This document shows, piece by piece, positions 29,739 through 32,000 of a stretch of 32,000 bases of DNA. Both the position numbers and the translations under genes were made by a program. Positions within the stretch are counted from its first letter, which is position 1. The number at the start of each line of letters is the position of its first letter. The stretch is taken from positions 120,001 to 152,000 of the forward strand of contig NZ_CP043314.1 of NCBI RefSeq assembly GCF_008189525.1, written 5' to 3'. Origin of the DNA: Candidatus Saccharimonadota bacterium. Its GTDB lineage: Bacteria > Pseudomonadota > Alphaproteobacteria > CAJXXZ01 > 1604HC. The notes beneath the pieces were generated by a model, which saw nothing but the letters and a program-made list of their open reading frames with translations, was not told the DNA's origin and did not search any database.

Positions 29739-31919
29739 ATGTCTATTGCATCTAATGAACTTATTATGTATCTATTTTATATTATTGATTGGAGAATTAA
29801 GTTGTTTAACTGTACATTTCAAAGCATAGCTATTTTTTCAGGCTTGTTTTTGTTTTTTAGATCTTATGTTTATTACAAAAAAATTAAAAACATTAAGGTT
29901 TCAGAAGATGTAAACAGAATAGGTTCATATATAAAGGATGCATCTTATGCTTATCTAAAGAAACAGTATTTATATGTTTTTGTAGTTTCTTGTGTTATTG
30001 CATTGTTTTTATTTTTCTTTTCTGAGTTTAATGTCTGTTTAGGATTTATAGTTGGTGCTTTCCTTTCCTCAGTTTGTGGTATAGCAGGAATGCATGTAGC
30101 TGTTGTTTCAAACATGAGAACTGCTCAAAAAGCTGAATCTGGAGTTTCTGATGCTTTTGAAGTTTCTTTTGGAGCTGGAAAAGTTACAGGACTCTTAATA
30201 GGAGGAATAATAATATTTTCTGTTGTTTTTGCTCTATGGAATGAGTGTGGAACTAGAGTAATATCTGAATATGACTCTAATATTATGAAAAAAGTAACAA
30301 AATCAGTTAATTTCAGTGATTTTTCTTATAACAGGATTTTGAAAATCTTGTTAGGTATGAGCTTTGGTGCTTCAGTTGTTTCAGTATTTGCTAGACTTGG
30401 TGGTGGGATTTTTACAAAAGCTGCAGATGTTGGTGCAGATCTAGTTGGTAAAATAGAAAAAAATATACCAGAGGATGACCCTAGGAATCCAGCTGTAATA
30501 GCTGATAATGTTGGTGATAATGTTGGTGATTGTGCTGGAACTTCTGCGGACATTTTTGAAACTTACATAGTAGGATTTATGGCTGCTTGTTACATATCTA
30601 GTCAGTATTATGTTGATCCAATATTGTTTCTCATAATTTCTTTAAGCTCTATGCTTGGATCTTATATTGCTACAGAAATGTTTAGTAGAACTACAAATCC
30701 ATTTAAAACTATGTTTAAGTTTATGATTTTTTCTCTTTGTGCTGCATGTATGTTTAATTTAGTAGGAATTTCATGCTACTTAAATTACATGGGATCTTTT
30801 TCATATAACATGTTGTTTTATTTCTTTAAGCCATGTGCAGTAGGTATTTTGTCATCATTTGTAATTGTTGTTTTGACAAATTACTATACTTCTTATAGCT
30901 GTTCTCCTGTAAAAAGAATTGCTAAAGCTTCAGAATCTGGACATGCTATGAATATAATGACTGGATTGGCTGTCTCTTTAGAATCTTGTTTTGGAATAAT
31001 AGTTTGTATGGTTTCTGCAATTTTGGGTTCTTATTACTTTGCTGATACTTTAGGAATAGCAATTTGTATAGTTTCAATGCTTAGTATCGTTATTACAGTT
31101 ATGACTTTGGATGCATATGGACCAATTACAGATAATGCAGGAGGTATCGCAGAAATGTCTAAAATGCCTGCTTCTGCAAGAGAGAATACTGACACTTTAG
31201 ATGCTTTAGGAAACACAACAAAAGCTCTTACGAAAGGATATTCTATAGGATCTGCAGCATTAGCTGCTTCTGCCGTGTTCTTTTCTTATTCACATGATCT
31301 GCTTTCTTATACTGGAGAAAATTTTGTTTTCTGTCTTACAAACCCATTTGTTGTGTCAGGAATGCTTATAGGTGGAGCTATAGTTTACTTGTATGCTTCT
31401 ATGTCTATTGAATCTGTTTCTGAAGTTGGGCAAGAGGTTGTAAAAGAAGTGCAAAATCAGTTTGCTGAAGATCCACTTATAATAGAAGGAAAATCAACCC
31501 CTAATTACTCTAGAACTGTTGAAATGCTAACTGAAAGATCTATTCAGAAAATGTTTTACCCTGTTTTAGTGGCTGTTGGAGTTCCATTAATTTGCTTTGC
31601 ATCTGTATATTTATTTTTTGGATCAAGTGCAGCATTTACTATTTTAGGTGGACTTATATCAGGTGTGACTATAGTTGGTATTTTTTCAGCTATATCAATG
31701 ACTAATGGTGGTGGTGCTTGGGATAATGCTAAGAAATACATTGAGCTTGGTTTTTATGGAGGTAAGGGATCTTATGCGCATAAAGCTGCAGTCACTGGTG
31801 ATACAGTAGGAGATCCTTATAAAGATACAGCAGGTCCTGCAATAAACCCTATGATGAAGATGGTTAATATAATAGCAATAGTTATTATATTGCTGTTCAA
31901 CAAGTATGGTCTTTTCTAG
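29739..31919 (+). CDS. hppA: Membrane-integral H+-translocating pyrophosphatase, K+-independent type
   Basis: 726-aa polytopic membrane protein with PAVIADNVGDNVGDCAGTSADIFETY, DAYGPITDNAGGIAEM and AVTGDTVGDPYKDTAGPAINP. The GNTTKALTKG motif carries Lys/Thr instead of Ala/Gly, which marks K+-independent enzymes. Confidence 0.96.
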   Translation: MSIASNELIMYLFYIIDWRIKLFNCTFQSIAIFSGLFLFFRSYVYYKKIKNIKVSEDVNRIGSYIKDASYAYLKKQYLYVFVVSCVIALFLFFFSEFNVCLGFIVGAFLSSVCGIAGMHVAVVSNMRTAQKAESGVSDAFEVSFGAGKVTGLLIGGIIIFSVVFALWNECGTRVISEYDSNIMKKVTKSVNFSDFSYNRILKILLGMSFGASVVSVFARLGGGIFTKAADVGADLVGKIEKNIPEDDPRNPAVIADNVGDNVGDCAGTSADIFETYIVGFMAACYISSQYYVDPILFLIISLSSMLGSYIATEMFSRTTNPFKTMFKFMIFSLCAACMFNLVGISCYLNYMGSFSYNMLFYFFKPCAVGILSSFVIVVLTNYYTSYSCSPVKRIAKASESGHAMNIMTGLAVSLESCFGIIVCMVSAILGSYYFADTLGIAICIVSMLSIVITVMTLDAYGPITDNAGGIAEMSKMPASARENTDTLDALGNTTKALTKGYSIGSAALAASAVFFSYSHDLLSYTGENFVFCLTNPFVVSGMLIGGAIVYLYASMSIESVSEVGQEVVKEVQNQFAEDPLIIEGKSTPNYSRTVEMLTERSIQKMFYPVLVAVGVPLICFASVYLFFGSSAAFTILGGLISGVTIVGIFSAISMTNGGGAWDNAKKYIELGFYGGKGSYAHKAAVTGDTVGDPYKDTAGPAINPMMKMVNIIAIVIILLFNKYGLF

Positions 31920-32000
31920 TATTATTGAAAAAATAGAAGGTGCTTATAAGTCAGGTAAAGTGGTGTTTGTTTCTAATCTTGCTTCAGCTGAATTCTTACA
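31906..32000 (+). CDS. 5' fragment of an unidentified ORF running off the window
   Basis: ATG 31906 overlaps the hppA 3' end by 14 nt. The frame stays open to the window edge (MVFSSIIEKIEGAYKSGKVVFVSNLASAEFL..). It is too short to identify. Confidence 0.3.
   Translation, partial: MVFSSIIEKIEGAYKSGKVVFVSNLASAEFL

Overview
Strongly AT-rich bacterial chromosome segment using the standard genetic code: TGA is used as a stop and an RF2 gene is present. I count 24 protein-coding genes plus one tRNA-Gly(GCC). I see no transposase, integrase, CRISPR array, rRNA or prophage signal.

Most of the window is conserved housekeeping:
- prfB (partial) and a TrxR-like ferredoxin-NADP reductase.
- The F1 ATP synthase operon atpHAGDC, running without a break into dnaG-rpoD.
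- grpE-dnaK-dnaJ and ybeY.
- The 5' half of the dcw cluster, mraZ-rsmH-ftsL-ftsI-murE.
- A membrane H+-pyrophosphatase (hppA).

Several traits fit a reduced-genome, host-associated alphaproteobacterium (Rickettsiales/Holosporales-like). The F1 operon is detached from the F0 genes, the ferredoxin-NADP reductase is of the Rickettsiales-type FENR family, conserved proteins carry Asn/Lys-rich insertions, and intergenic spacers are long. This placement comes from gene content and order only, without any database search.

The one accessory-looking region is a ~6 kb block (12.2-18.3 kb). It holds three tandem, same-strand paralogous genes for signal-peptide-bearing coiled-coil proteins that I cannot assign to any family. 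Each copy has a conserved upstream box, an identical Shine-Dalgarno context, conserved Cys/His-containing modules, and a variable coiled coil and basic tail. This is my best candidate for something undescribed, such as a secreted or surface effector or antigen family.

Secondary observations:
- A textbook-looking triple TGGG MraZ operator at exact 10-nt spacing upstream of mraZ.
- An rsmH whose conserved N-terminal motif lies upstream of any canonical start codon.
- A prfB with no programmed frameshift and a low-complexity N-terminal extension.
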